Source of the DNA: Gnetum montanum
Taxonomy: Eukaryota; Plantae; Gnetophyta
Reading direction: 5' to 3'
Length of the DNA stretch: 64,000 nt
NCBI GenBank assembly: GCA_015680685.1
Contig: MNCI01000416.1
Span: forward strand, 9,578 to 73,577
Part shown: piece after piece, positions 25,445 through 39,665 of the stretch
Position numbering within the stretch: position 1 is the stretch's first letter
Layout of the letters: every line of letters starts with the position of its first letter
Translations under genes and position numbers: made by a program
Notes under the pieces: model-generated
Databases searched by the model: none
The model's input: only the letters and a program-made list of their open reading frames with translations
What the model was told of the DNA's origin: nothing

Positions 25445-26478
25445 TGGTATAGAGACACCTCTTCTAATCTTCTTTATTCTTTCTTACATATTTATGTTTG
25501 TAGGTTTCAAGGTTGAAGAAGATGTCTTAGAGGACTAGAAGATGTCTTGGTAGAGGATTGACATGAGATGTTTAGAGGAGAGAGAAAATTTCTTGTTATT
25601 TTTGGAAGAAGTCTCAAGAAAGATGTCTTGCATAAGACATCTTGCTTGAGAATAAGATGTCATAGGTAAGATGTCTTACCAATGGAGAAGACATCTTAGA
25701 AAAAATAGGAGATGTCTTCTCAAAGAGTTGGGATTTTGTAGGAGATGTCTCCCAGAGGTTAGAGATGAGTCATACAGCTAGGAAAACTTTCAAAAATGCT
25801 TGTCACAGTTCCATAAATAGCCAAAATAAGATTGGAAAAGGGTGGAAACAACTAGGGAGAATGTGAGAAGACTTGGAAAATATTTAAAGAAGCCTCAAGT
25901 AGAGTTGAGGAAAGGTTTTGAGGTTTCTTATCTTCTAGTTTTTCATAAATATTATTGTATTCACATCGTTGGTACCATTATTGAGAAAGAGAGCTCTTGA
26001 GAGTGGAGAGCTAAGTAAAAGAGAGTGGATGAGCACATTCAATGAGTGTAATTGGTAATTGCAACTTCAAGATTAGCATTATTGATGTGTTGGTCTATGT
26101 TTTCTATTCCCTTATGTCTTACTTGTGAGTTTAGATCTCAATCTTGGGTTGTAGAGAGATTCTCTATTGGTTGTTTCTTGCATTAAGAATAGCCATTATA
26201 TGATTATAGAGCCTTATTCTCTTCAATATCATTTGAGTGTGATAGGGTTTAGATGTTTATGGATCTTGTGAATCCTGTTGTAATCTTCAAATAAATTAAT
26301 TGAAGATAGCTACTTTTCTTATTTTCTAGCAAAAATGTTTTGTCTTTGCATAATATCTTATTTAATATTTGAAGGTGCTTTATTGTTAGAGTGAACTTGC
26401 TCCAACCTTATTGGTATTAAAGCCTAGTTTTATGTTGATTTTTGCTTGAAAATTGGTTGAGGATTCTGTCAATTTTAG

Positions 26479-29400
26479 ATGGCACCTAAGAAGAAATAGG
26501 TGCATGCCCTAAATCGAGACATGGAGAGCATGAAGTATGCCTTCCAGATAATGGTTACTCAATTAGATGAAATCAGCAAAAAGGTAGATAGAAATGTTGG
26601 TCCTAGCCATATCTAGACACATAAAGGTGAAGAGCATGCACATTTAGATGAAGAAGTTTCACAACTAGGTGGAGACAAAGCAAATGAAGAGTAAGGATAA
26701 TCTAGCTATGAAGGTATAGGAAATCATCAAACAAGGATTCTGATGGGAGGGAATTCTATTCATCAGATGAGAAATCCAAGGGCTCCAATGGTGTTAAACA
26801 CTTCTTCTTTAAGCAAGCTTGACAAGGAAGATGAGACAATGCTTTCTTGGCATTCAAAAATGTTGCTAGACTTCCGTATCTAAAGTTGAAAACTTTTAAT
26901 GATGTAGGTGGTACCAGTGATTTTGTTAATTGACTGAAGGTACTTGAAAAGAATTTATAGTTGTAAGAGGTATCAAATAACTTGATGATATCTATTGTTG
27001 AATTCATATTAGAAGGTATGGAATTTCCTTGGTGGGAAAAGGAGTCCCAAGGTTATGAAAGACAAAGCAGCCAACCTATCAAAGATTAGGATATGTTGAA
27101 ATTTAAATAGTTTCATCAGAGATAAGAAGCCATTATAATGTTGAAATTCCTAAGGCAAGGTGACAAGGATGTTAAAGAATTCTACATTAAATATTATGAT
27201 CTATTCCATTAAGCTAAGGTAAACTTGGAAGAGTATGAACAGGCTTCAATCTTTTTAGGAGGTTTGAAAATGATGTACCAATAGGAGTTTTTTTTTTATG
27301 AGCCAAAAACTCTTGATGAAGCTTATGCTTTGCCACCTAAGGTTATGAAGAAATTAGAAGGATTTAAAAACAAAAGTAAACAAACTTCCAATGAGAAGGA
27401 TAAGGGATTCAAATCTAGAAAAGGATCCAAGTAATCTAAAGACAAGGAGGACAATCATGATAAAAAGAATAAAAGAGGTGATGAGAAGGGTAAAGATAAG
27501 AAAGACCAAGGCAACAAAGGCAAGGATCAATGTAGCCACTCATCAAAAATGAAGTGCGAAGAATGGGGATACAAGCAATGGAAATGTCAACTTTACAAGG
27601 CATCCAAGGATAAGGATGTACAAACCATGGAGGTGGAAGAGACATTAAGATAAGGTCTTTAGAGAGGTAATCCTAATGCTTCAAAAATTGAGGATGTCTA
27701 AATTGAATTCTTGTGCATTCATGGGGAATGTAAATAGAGGAGATCATCCTAATAAAAAATTAGTATTCTAGATTGGGGCTAGATGTTTGCTTAGTGGGGA
27801 ATGGATTCATATTTTAATTAATGGAGGAGCCTAAAAAAGTTTATTTCTTCTAGGACAGTTGCTAGATTTGTTTTAGCAACTAATCCTCATTCAAGACCCT
27901 ATACAGTGCATTAGTTGTCTAGAGATTTTTCCCAAGAGCTAAGGGAACAATATACTTTAAGATTTAAAATTGTAGGCTTTCATGATGTAGTGAAATGTGA
28001 TGTGCTTCCAATAGATTGTGTTGATGTAATTCTTAATAGACCTTGGAATTTTGACAATGGTGCTTAGTTTGATGAAGCAAGAAATGTGTGGAGTGTTGCT
28101 AGACTTGATGGAATCCATTAATTGATTTCTATGATGGTTGAGCAAGTGAGCAAGCAAAGATCACTTACTACTTCCTTAATCCTTCTAGAAGAGGTATAAT
28201 ATATTAAAGAACATGACAAAACCAATTTTGGTTTTGTTGTTATGAAAATAGTTGCTATTAATCATGATGATGTGCAAGTTGTACTTTCTAAGGTATGCTA
28301 GGGTTAAAGGAGAAATTTTCCAAGGTATTTAAGGCAAAATTGGATGGACTAACACTAATGAGGAATGTACAACATTGGATTGATTTCATTCTTGGTGCTA
28401 CCATTCCAAATAAGAGAGCTTACCAAATGGCACCAAAATAGAGAATTGAATTATAGGGGAAAGTAGAAGAGTTACTTGCAAATGGCTTTTTGAGAAAATC
28501 CATTTCACCTTGTGAAGTTCCAATGGTGCTAATGCCAAAGGATAGTGATGAATGAAGGATGTGCATTGATTTTAGGGTAGTGAACATGATAACAATGAGG
28601 TACAAGTTTCCTATTCCAAGGATGGATGATATCCTTATCAATGTAGATATTTTTAGCAAAATTGATTTGAAGAATGGTTACCATCAAATTAGAACTAAAC
28701 CTAGTGATGAGTGAAGGATAACTTTCAAAATATTCAATGGGTTGTTTAAGTGGTTGGTGATGCCATTTGGGCTTGTGAATGCACTTGCTGCATTGACGAG
28801 GTTGATGCATGATGTATTAACAAACTTAATTGGTAAGTGATGTATTGTCTTTTTTTATGATATTTTAGTATATAGATCTAATTAAGAAGAGCACTTGGAT
28901 CACTTGAGGATGGTATGTCTTAAGTTGAAGGAGGCACATCTAGTGATCAATGAGAAAAAATGTCATTTCTTCAAAATGGAAATAACGTATTTGGAACATG
29001 TGATTTCTAAAAAATCAAATTCAAATGGAAGCTACTAAGGTGAAGGCTATTAGGGATTGGCCAAATCCTAAGAATGTTGGGGGAGGTAAGATCATTTCTT
29101 GGTTTAGCAGGTTTTTATACATGTTTCATCAAAATTTTAGTGGTATTTCGTGGCCTATGTTTGCATTGTTGAAGAAAAACAAAGATTTTAGGTGGGATAA
29201 TGAAACCCAAGAAGTCTTTGACTTATTGAAAGGAAAGATTACTAGTGAACTAGTGCTTTTAATTCTAGATTTTTGTAAGCTTTTTTAGGTGGAGGTGAAT
29301 GCAAGTGGACTTGCCATTGGTAGGGTACTTTTAAAAGAAGGTAGTCTTGTTGCATTATTTTTAGAAAAGTTGAATGATTCAAGGCAAAAATATAGTGTAT

Positions 29401-30982
29401 ATGAGGAGTTATACACTATTCTTTAAGAAATCAAGCATTGGAGGCATCACTTGTTGTCCAAGGAGTTTAGTTTGATGATGGATCATAAAGCACTTCAATT
29501 TCTAAACTTGCAAAAGTGTAAAGCAGATGAAGTGGGTTGCATAGTTACAAGAGTTCAATTTTTTGTTGAAGCACAAAAGTAGGAAAGCTAATGTGGTGGC
29601 TGATGCACTATCCATGGTGCATATGCTAAATTTTAGTATACCTAACATGAAAGGTATGGGTGATTTTGCTTTTTTGAATGAGCATGATGATGATTTTGGA
29701 TAGGTTTTAAGAAGACTCAAAGAGCCATTGATGAGTAGGATAGACCATTGGAGGCACTATCATATTCAAGATATACTATTATTTAATGATGGAAAGGTAT
29801 GTATTCCTAATTGTGAGTTTAGGAAAAATATTTTGTTTGAAAAGCATTATAGTGGCATTGTAGGTTACATGGACAAAGATAAAACAATGGAACTTGTGGG
29901 TAGGTAGCATTTTTAACCTATTATAGCAAAAAAAGTTTCAAAATTTATAAAGGAGTGATTGACATGTCAGAAGCTCAAAGGAGGTAAAGGTACAGATGGA
30001 CACTACAGGCCTTTGCCAATTCCCAAAGGTCCATGGGAAAGTATTTCAATGGAAATTGTGAATGGTATTTCAAAGATTAAGAGTGAAAATGATGAAATGT
30101 TTGTTGTTATGGATAGGTTTTCCAAGATGACATATTTTATTCCATGCAAGAAGGTGAGTGATGATTTCCATGTTGCAAATTTATTTTTCTAGCATGTTTT
30201 GAAGTTGCATGGTATTCCTTTAAACATTGCTAGTGATAAAGGCTATAATTCACAAGTTACTTTTGGAGGTCCCTTTAAAAAATTTTAGGGATAAGTTGAA
30301 TTTTTCTAGTGCATATCATACACAATATAATGGTCAAATATAGGTGATCAATAAATCTTTACTAAACATATTGAGATGTTTTTGTGATGGACAACTAAAC
30401 AAGTGGAAAAACTTATGTCATGCTGAGTTTTCATATAATAATGCTTTTCATGTTGTTATTGGAAAAAGCCCATTTGAGATGAGCTATGGGTTTTTCCCAA
30501 AGATGGTGGACACTTTAAAGAGCTTTGATGGTGAAGCTCAAATTATTGCTAATTTTGTACAAGAGATGAGGGAGCTCCATGCACAAGTAAAATCAAATCT
30601 CAAGAAAAAGATTGAAGAGAGAGTTCTCAAGAGGAACAAGGGAAAATAGAAGCCTAATTTTGTTATTGATGACTTGGTTTAGGTGCACTTAAAAGAAGTG
30701 GTTGAAAGGTATTAACTTCTCCAAATTAAAAGCCAAGAAGATGGGGCCTTTTAAAATGAAGACTAAGATCAATGATAATGCTTTTAAGATTGATTTACCA
30801 AATAATGCTAGTATGTATTTTATGTTTAATGTTTTAGATCTTATGCACTATCATGGACTAGCTGATGAGGAGACCATACAGGTAGCATCAATGAGTTGAA
30901 GAGGGCTATTGATTAATCCAAGCCTTTAATGGAGAGGAAGGTAATCATACTTAAGTGGAGGAAAGCTTCTAGTATTTGGGGA
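26479..30982 (+). pseudogene. pol: gag-pol of D
   Basis: MAPKK start; PR ILINGGA (~27810); RT *RMCIDFRVVN, KIDLKNGYHQIR, WLVMPFGL, FFYDILVY; RH VEVNASGLAIG; INT LPIPKGPWESISM, VVMDRFSKM, KKMGPFK. Confidence 0.9.
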
Positions 30983-33949
30983 TGTAACGACTAAAAACAT
31001 TAGTAGCTAGACACCGAGGGGTTCATGGATGCGCAACCTAACCCCACCTTCACTTAAGGGCCTTGTTGGAAAACGAATGGGGAGTACCCTAGATGATCTT
31101 GTCGATCAAATAGGGACTTTGTCGACTATAACTAAGGTATTGGGAGCAACCGGGGATGGTGTGGTTAGCCAAATTGCAAATGCAAATAATGTGAAATACT
31201 TCTAAGTGTCAAAGTGATGTTTTATAGTGCTAAGTGTAGAGCATAGCCACTAAATGAGGGCCATGTAGCCAAGGGTTTTGACCAAAACAAGGATGTCAAC
31301 TTGTGAAGACTATTGCCCAACCGTAGTACAGTGTGATGATGCATGAAAAATGAAAAAATATGCAAGAAAAATACAAGAAAATGCTAGAAATGGGAGAGAG
31401 AAATGAAACACCACCACAAATGAAAGCATAGTTAACTCCAAAAGGGTCTCAGAAGGTACATAGTGTACAACAGGCACAGTGGGAGCATAGTCACAATCTC
31501 AGTGATGTTGGGACATGAATTTTGGCACTAGTTGCGATGAACTATGGTTGTTGAGTTAGTTGTCGCAATGTACCGTGCAATGTTCTACAGGGCTACAATG
31601 AGACCATGGTATACTGTGCAGTGTAGCTATGCCTCTTTGCTGGTATGGTGTGCTTTGGGTTTCGTTTTCCCATAGAGCTAAGTGCCAAGATGCAAAAATT
31701 TCAAATGTCAAATGAATGTGTCAATTTCCAACCTCTAAAACGTTGTGGTCCAAGGGTATTTATAGGGCTAGGATTACCCAAAATGCAAATCAAGTGTCAT
31801 GTGGTGGTGTGGTAGGTGGAAAGAGCATAGTACCTATAGTGCCAAGCATAGCATAACACTTAGAAAAATTCTACAAAATTGGCCATTTGTGTATTGGCTA
31901 CAGTTGCTATGCTCTAGAGTGTACCCCAATAGTTAGGCAAAAACTAAAGTCCAACGTTGCTACACTTACTACACTCATGAGCATAGTAGGAAAGGACAAG
32001 TGCAAAATGGAAGTCCAGTGCTACTACACTTGCTAAACTTATGAGCATAGCAGGAAGGGATAGGGCATAGCATGGACACTAAGAAAAATTTGGTAAAAAT
32101 TGAAGTCCTTGTTCTTACTATGCTAGGTACACTTAGGAGTGTAGTAGGAGGGGTAGCTTCAGGAGTTAGAAACTTTGCCAAATGCCTCTTCCATGTTAAG
32201 CTAGCTTGACAACTTGTGGCTTGACACTCATGCAAACTAGCCACTAGAGTGCTGCTACGCTTGCTATGCTCATAAGAGCATAGCAAGAGAAATGGAGCAT
32301 AGTAGGAAACTTTAGAAAAATCTCTGCAGCTTGTGTCATTATTCTAACACTTAGCCAAAATTACAGAAAATTGGCCATTAAAGCTTACTACACTCTACTA
32401 TAGTGGAGAGTGTGGTCCTAGCACTTAGAAAATTTTGTTGAAGGTACCATTATTTTGACACTTAGCCAAATTTGTATTCAAGAAGTGGTAGTCCATATTT
32501 TTGTGGTGTTTCATTGGCCCCTCTTTATTGACATTTGGAGGAGTGGCTCGAGAGACATTGACAAAGAATCATAAAACACCATAGTAGATGTGCCACCAAC
32601 ATCATTCATCTATACTAGATTTGATGTCATTCCACCATGTTCAAGAGTGTTGTGGATAGTGGTATGTTAAGGGCAAGAGGTGTAGTTTATGTGTTAAGGA
32701 TGATAGAGGGAGATGAAATGCAAACAAGGTGTTATGATGCAAGGTGTGGAGTTAGCACGGTTGATAATGACCATGGCATGAAGGTGGCTTGCCCCTAAAA
32801 CATTAACCTCTTGTCAAAGTGCTTATGAGAGAGTTAAGTTGTGGACTGAAGGCTGGGCTAGTTGTGAAATTGCAGCATTGTCAGTTTGCTTGGGGATGTT
32901 CTTTTCCTATTCTCCTTTTTTTCTTTTTTTTTTCCTTTTTGCTTTTTCTTCTTTACTTTGTTGTGAGGTGAACCTCCGTTGGGTTTAGCTTACTATTGAA
33001 TGCTAGCTGCAAGGTGTGGGCCATTGAGTAAATGGACTTTACTTTGATGCAATTGTGTCACATCTGTAGGATAGGTATTTCCCCCTTGGGATCAGTTGCA
33101 TTACATCCACTTGGGCCTTAAGCAGCCAACAAAGACTCCCCATGGGACGAGTTGCATTATGTCCACCATGGGTTTTATCGTTGATGTGAAGAAAATTCCA
33201 TATGTATCATAGTGCATATGCATCATAGGAATGTGCAATCATGAGTATGTGGGGGATGAGAGGCTATTGGGATGAAGAAGTGGATGTGCATAGGCTATAA
33301 TGGGATGAGGGGGGATGTGCACTCAAGAGTGGTTTAACTAGTCTAATCATGCACATCAGAGTGATGTAGGGACTTGCAAGTGCTCAAGAAGCCAGTGAAG
33401 TGCTAGGGTGATGATGCTGCGAGTCCTCCAAAGGCTACATTGATGGTAGGTGCTCCAAAATATCAATAGAATGATGGGAGGCAATGATGTTGTGAGTACC
33501 CCAATGGTTTCACCAATGGTAGGTTCTCCTAAAGATCAACAATATGCTAGTTTAAAGTCCTAGTAGACTGTGAACCCAATTTAAGATCTTGGTAGACTAT
33601 GATATGCTAGTTTATAGTTCTAGTAGACTACTGGGTGCCAATTTAACATCGTAACGGATAATGGATGTTGTGCCAGTTTAACATCATGACTCAAGGATAA
33701 TTTGTGCTAGTTTATAGTCATAACAAACTAGTACCCCAGTTTATAGTCATAGTGGACTATCTATGCTAGTTTTTTGCATCATGACAAATGAGTGCTTATC
33801 TTGCTTGTGTGAGGTGTGATGTTGCATGGGTAATCATGCTATGTGCTTGCACGATTCTACAAAAATTAACTAGAATAACAACATCAAGAGGCACTTGTTG
33901 TAAACATAGTTAAAATGCACAAATGAAAGGAAAACAAAGCAAAAAGTGA

Positions 33950-34222
33950 TAGTTTTAGGCCATTCTAGGATACAATGGTAGTTTTAAGCCAATTTCAGGC
34001 TATCAAGTATTGCTAGTTTTATTCTATTTCGAGCCATCAAGTGTTACTAGTTTTGAGCCATTTCAGGCCATCAAGTGTTGCTAGTCTAAGGCCATTTTAG
34101 GCCATCGCAAAGGGGTTGATGGTTTAAGGCCATTCTAAGCTATACATTGCCAGTTTAAGGCCATGGGTTGCTAGTTTAAAGTCATTCAAAGTCATGGGAT
34201 AATTTAAGGCCTTTTTAAGCCA
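33950..34222. repeat. Tandem array (gctagtttaaggccatttcaggccatcaagtgtt-like) in C
   Basis: About 8 degenerate units. B has only ~2 at 20844-20895. Confidence 0.7.
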
Positions 34223-34444
34223 CATGTGTTTTTTTCAATTTTAGTTTTATGATTTTTATGTATTTTTGATGTTTTTCAAATGCAATGCGTAAGCTAAGTC
34301 GATGAATGCATAAAAAAAAGCAAAAAACCCATGAAAAAAATGAAATATGTGATCTAAGCAAGTAGGTAAAATGTAAATGTGTAGGCTAGTGTAATTCAAA
34401 CGAAAGTTAAAAATGCATGGCAAGTTGAGGCAAGGGGTAGGTAG

Positions 34445-37400
34445 GCACCTAGTGCATTTTCAGCTAAGGGAGTACCTTGATTAGGTAGTTGTTTTCTAAT
34501 TTGGTTTGGATTAGGAGATTCATAGGGCCTAGGGTCCTTTAGGAGGCTATTGTCTTCAACTGCTCGTTTGGGTATGTCAACCTTATGTGTTGCGGTGGTT
34601 GCTATATATGCATCACCAAGAAACTCCACCTTCGACACTTACTCCATGTCTATGTTGTGGGTAGTTGAAGAGGAGGCATTATTACCGTGGATGATAACTT
34701 GACCACCTTCACATGGAAGGTGGACTTTTTTGGTGGATGGGAGTAGAGATGGCCCATAGTTGAGCTAGCCAAGGCCTTCCCAAGATCAAGTTGAAGCTTG
34801 ACATCTCCTCTATGATAGTGAAATCTACGTTGATGGAGAATTGCTCTCCTACCACAAAGGCTAAGTTGATTGTACCCCTGATGATGACACATGATCCATT
34901 GAAAGATTTTGGATACATGGTTTTGGTTAGCTTGATTTTGTCTGCCAAGCCTAGTTTGTCAATGATGGAGTACAAGACTACGTTTGTTGCTACACCATCA
35001 TTGACATGCACTCTCTAGATTGTGCACTGCCCAACATGTATGCTAATGGATAGTGGAGCTGTAGTGACCTCCCCTCATTTCAGGTTGACCTTAACTACAT
35101 CATCTCAAAATGCTAGGGATGTTGAACTCAATTCCTATGGTGCAAGGAGCAACATCATTGGATGAATGATGTTCTCATTTGTAAGGATGTTCTTCATAAT
35201 AGGAATGGAGGCCAACATTCGAGCCAACACTTGATGGTAAGCAGATGAGATCATGAGCAGGTCATACAAGCTCAATGTTATCTTCTTTTACTTGAGCATT
35301 TATTTTACCTAGGTTAGTGAAGCTTTGAAGTCCTTGTCATTGGCCGTTGTGTTGGCCTTGACTACCTTCATGCAGCTTGAGAGATGGATCTTTCATGGAG
35401 GGAACTTGGTCTTGGTCATGATTGTTGCTTGTTGGTTATGGCCTTTGCTTCAGCCATGGGGGTTGTGAGCTTCTTGTTCATCCTCTTGTGTTGCTAGTAG
35501 GGTTGGCCCTTGAAGGAGGAGAGATCGAGATGTTACCTACTGTTGGGCTTTGGGTAGGTGAGGAGCCATCATGTTGTGGCACCCTTATGATAAATGGTGA
35601 TTTAGGAGTTATTGCTAGGCTAACTTATTATGGCACCTTCATGATGAAAGGTTGCTTAGTGGTTTCTATTGTTGCATTATGCTAGTTTAACGTCTTAGTG
35701 GAGAATCTTTGCCAATTTAACATTGTAGCAGATGGTTGGTTTGGTTGCCAATTTAATGTCTTAGTGAATGATTACTATGGAGCCTTAATCAAAAAGGATG
35801 TTGTGGGTGCCCAAGGTGGCACTTTGATAACAAAGAGGAACCTCTTGCTTATGGAGGTTGAGGGCATCCTTGCCTTCCTAAGAGGTACGTAGATCATGAA
35901 AGGTTGTTACATAGGTTTAGACTTGCCACCTACACTAATGGAGCTTATGATGTAGGGGATGTCATCTTTGTTAGATTGGCTTGTTGCATCAAGTACCAGT
36001 TGGTCCCATTCTATCATTCTTTGCAGGTCATCCTACAAAGCATGATAGTTTTCTATATTGTGACCAGACATCTAGTGGGAATGACAGTATTGGTCTAGCT
36101 TGAAGTTTTATGGGATTGAGGGATTGTTTGGTATTGTTGAGGTAGGGCTCCTTAGTAGTTTACAATACCTATCATGTTTTTGGAAAGTAATCTTTGATAT
36201 GTGTTTGTATTGGATTCGGCCAACTTCTAGGAGTTGCTCTAGCAGTTCATAGGGTTCCATTGGTAGCACTGTATACTTTGAGCAATCCTTGCACTTAAAG
36301 TTGGGCCTTGGGGTGTCCCCTACAAATGTAGGTGAGTTAGTGCCAGAGCTGGAAGCTTTGTGAGCTAGGTCCTTAGGCTACTTAGTTGTCAAGCCCCAGT
36401 TGGTTGCTTTTATGCTTGTAGCCACTATTGTCATTATTGCATTTTGCTTGCACTCATGTTGGTTTTTGTAGGCCATGTAGGCTAGCTCATTACTGGCTTG
36501 CACTACCTCCTCTATGCCCTTTGCTTGGGCAAAGGCTTGGCTAAGAGACTTTGGGGCTAGGTAATACAATTTGGACTTAATAAAGTCATTCATTGCACCT
36601 TGAAGATGGTCAGTAAGTGTGTCTCTACTAGGGGTTCATGCATTTTGCTTAATGTGGCATTCTAGCATTGTAGGAATTTCAGCATGGGATCTAGGGTCCA
36701 TTGCTTGACCTGCATGAGTTGGTCAAGGGTTGCTTCAAGCTTTAGGTTGTACCTAAAGCATGTCACAAACTGGCTTATGAGATCCTTCAAAGAAGAGATT
36801 GAGCCCTTGGGTAGTGCACAATACTAGTTTAAGGCCTTGCCAGTGAGAGAGATGGGGAATACACACATGTGGCTTGTGGCCAGGCTTGAAAGAGCAGGTA
36901 CTCAGATCAAAATATGACCAAGTGTGCATTGGGGTTTCCTTCACCATTGTACTTAGTGAGTTGAGGCAATGGGACCCTAGTTGGGAGAGTTAGGAGTGGG
37001 ACCGTAGGACTTATGGGGTCATCCTGGTAGAAGTCCACTACCTTGATGGTTTTGAAGAAGGCAGCTTTGAGTTAGTTGATCTCCTCTATCAAACTTTGTA
37101 TTAGTGGCATTCCAAGCTTAGGGATGTGCCAATCGATTGCATTGGCTGGGCTTGTATTGGTTGCATAGCATAGGGTGAAATTATTGGTTCTATAATTTTC
37201 TAGTTTAATGTAATAGTGGATTATCATTACCAGTTTAATGTTATAGCAAACAGGTTTAGTTGATGAGGTGGGCCACACATGAGTGGGTTGGATGGACACC
37301 GTGGAACCAATGAGACAAGTAGAATGTAGGATGTCTAAATCATCTAGGGCTAGGAGGTCACCCTTGCATGAGCATAGGGTTGGGCAAATGTAATGGTCAC

Positions 37401-37883
37401 TTATAAGGAAGGTTGAATTGGCATGGTCACCATCTAGGAGAGGACAAGTGAATCAAACTGAGGAGGGGTTATACTAGGGAGTGGTTGTTGGAAGATGGTG
37501 TAGAGGGGGATCTCATGTTCAGAGTGGGCCTTGAACTCATCTCCTTTCTCTTGTGAGGCTTCCTCATAGGCTTTCTCTTGTGAGGCTTCCTCATAGGTTG
37601 TCCCTACATCACACTCATTTACATGAATGAGTTGGAACAATAGTTGGTGGTAGAAATTTGTGATTGGGATTATGTTAAAAAAAGAGGGATTGTACTCTTG
37701 TCCATCCTAGTGGACTCATTCGTAGTCCTGTTTTTCCTCCAAGTCAAGGAAATCCATTGGTAATCTTGCTTGGATTTTGGCACAAAAAAAATTATATTGT
37801 TCATGGCTTAGCGTAGCATGCTTTGGGTGGATTGTGATGGCAAATGTATTAGACACCAATGTGGAAGGTTGATCTAGATTCAT
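34445..37883 (-). pseudogene. gag: gag-protease of C
   Basis: MNDFIKSKLYYLAPKSLSQAF matches B gag. Protease MHVNDGVATNVVL...FNLILGRPWL. Confidence 0.85.
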
Positions 37884-37919
37884 GTTCACAAATTGGGTTG
37901 TAAGAGTTGCTATTTGCAA

Positions 37920-38250
37920 AAAATGGCTAACTCTGAAAACTGCAGAAAGGTGACCAAGTTTGCCGGTAGCAGAAAAATGGCTAAGTATATAAATGCAGAA
38001 AATGGCTAAGTGTAAAAATGTAGAAAAATGGCTAAGTGTGGAAACTACAAAAAATTGACTAAGTGTACAACTCTACAAAATTGGCTAAGTATGAAACTGT
38101 GAAAATCTGGCTAAGTATGAAAATGTAGAAAAAATGCTAAGCATGAAAATGTAGAAAAAATGCTAAGTATGAAAATGTAGAAAAAATGCTAAGTATGAAA
38201 ATGCAAAAAACAAATGCTAACTATGAAAGCTACTAAAAATGGCTAACTCT
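37920..38250. repeat. ~25 bp tandem array in 5' UTR of C (aaaatg(g)ctaagtatgaaaatgtaga)
   Basis: About 12 units. Shorter homolog in B at 16920-17050. Confidence 0.88.
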
Positions 38251-39580
38251 AGTGCTATGCTCACTATGCTAGAGTTGGCTATGCTCTCTTGAGCATCCAA
38301 AATTTTGGGTAAGTGCCAAAGATATGCTTTGGCTTTTGTCCAATAGGGTTCCAAGGGAATTGATGATGGGGCCCAATCGATGATGGAGAGAGCACGTAGG
38401 AGAACAATCAAAAAATGTAGAAGGAAATGGCAAGGCCCTCCTTCTAGCACCAAAAATTGTAACTATTGAAAACATTGGTGGCTAGAACACTGAGGGGTTC
38501 ATGGGTGCATAGCCTAACCCCACCTCCATGTGAGGGCCTTTCTAGAAATTGGAGGAAAAGTGCCCTAGATAGTCTTGTCAATTGAATAGGGACTTTGCCA
38601 ACTACAATCAGGGTATTGGGTGCAATCAAGGATAGTGTGGTTAGCTGAAATGCAAATGTAAACAACATGAAATAGTTCTAAGTATCAAAGTGGTGTTTCA
38701 GGGTGCTTAGTGTAGAGCATAGCCATGGAATAGGGGTGAGTGTAGCCAAGGGTTTTGACCAAAACGAGGGTGTCAACCTATGGAGACTATTGCCCAAGTG
38801 TAGTACAGTGTGGTGACACATGAAAAAAATGCAAAAAGGCATAAGAAAAATGCGAGAAAATGCTAGAAACAAGAAAGAGAAATAGAACACCACCCTAAAT
38901 GGAAGTGTAGTTAACTCCAAAAGGGTCTCAAAAGGTACATAGTGTATAACAGGTGTAGTGGGAGCATAGTCATAGTCTCGATGGTGTTGAGGCATGAAGT
39001 CTACATTGAAGTCCAGCATTGCAATGCTGGCTACGCTTGGTACGCTCATGAGCATAGTAAGAGGGGACAAGTGCAACATTGAAGTCTAGCATTGCTATGC
39101 TCATGAGTGTAGTAGGAAAGGACAAGGTGTAGCATGGACACTTAAAAAAATTTGGTAAAAATTACAGTCCTTATTCTTGCTATGCTAGCTACACTTGGGA
39201 GCATAGCAGGAGGGGTAGCTTTAAAAGTTAGAAAATCTACCAAATGCCTCTTCCATGCTGAGTTAGCTTGACAACTTATGGCTTGAAACTCATGCAAACT
39301 GGCCACTGAAGTGCTTCTACGCTTGCTATGCTCACAAGAGTGTAGCAAGAGAAATGGGTGTGTAGCAGGACACTTAGAAAAATTTCTGTAACTTGTGTCA
39401 TAATTCTGACACTTAGCTAAAATTGCAAAAAATTGGCTGTTGAAGTCAACTACACTCTACTGTATTGGAGAGCATGGTCCCAACACTTAGAAAAATTTGC
39501 TAAAAGTGCCATTATTTTGACACTTAGCCAAATTTATAGTTGAGAAGCGGTAACCCAAATTTTTGTGGTGTTTCAAGGGA

Positions 39581-39665
39581 GTCAAGAGGTATGAATACCT
39601 AATCCATTGGAAGGATTAGTCCACTGATGATTCTATATGAATCCATGAGATTAGACTTCATGAGT
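39581..39665 (+). pseudogene. Chromodomain remnant of D integrase
   Basis: YEYLIHWKD*STDDSI*I matches the chromodomain pattern YLVKWKG.....TW. Resumes immediately after the C TSD. Confidence 0.75.

Larger units (their letters stand above)
30983..39575 (-). mobile_element. Element C: non-autonomous Tat-like element related to B (gag + protease only)
   Basis: 5' LTR 38458-39575, 3' LTR 30983-32513. tRNA-Asn PBS (ccctccttctagcacca, 38436-38452). PPT at 32514-32526. TSD gggga/aggga (30978-30982, 39576-39580). Confidence 0.92.
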
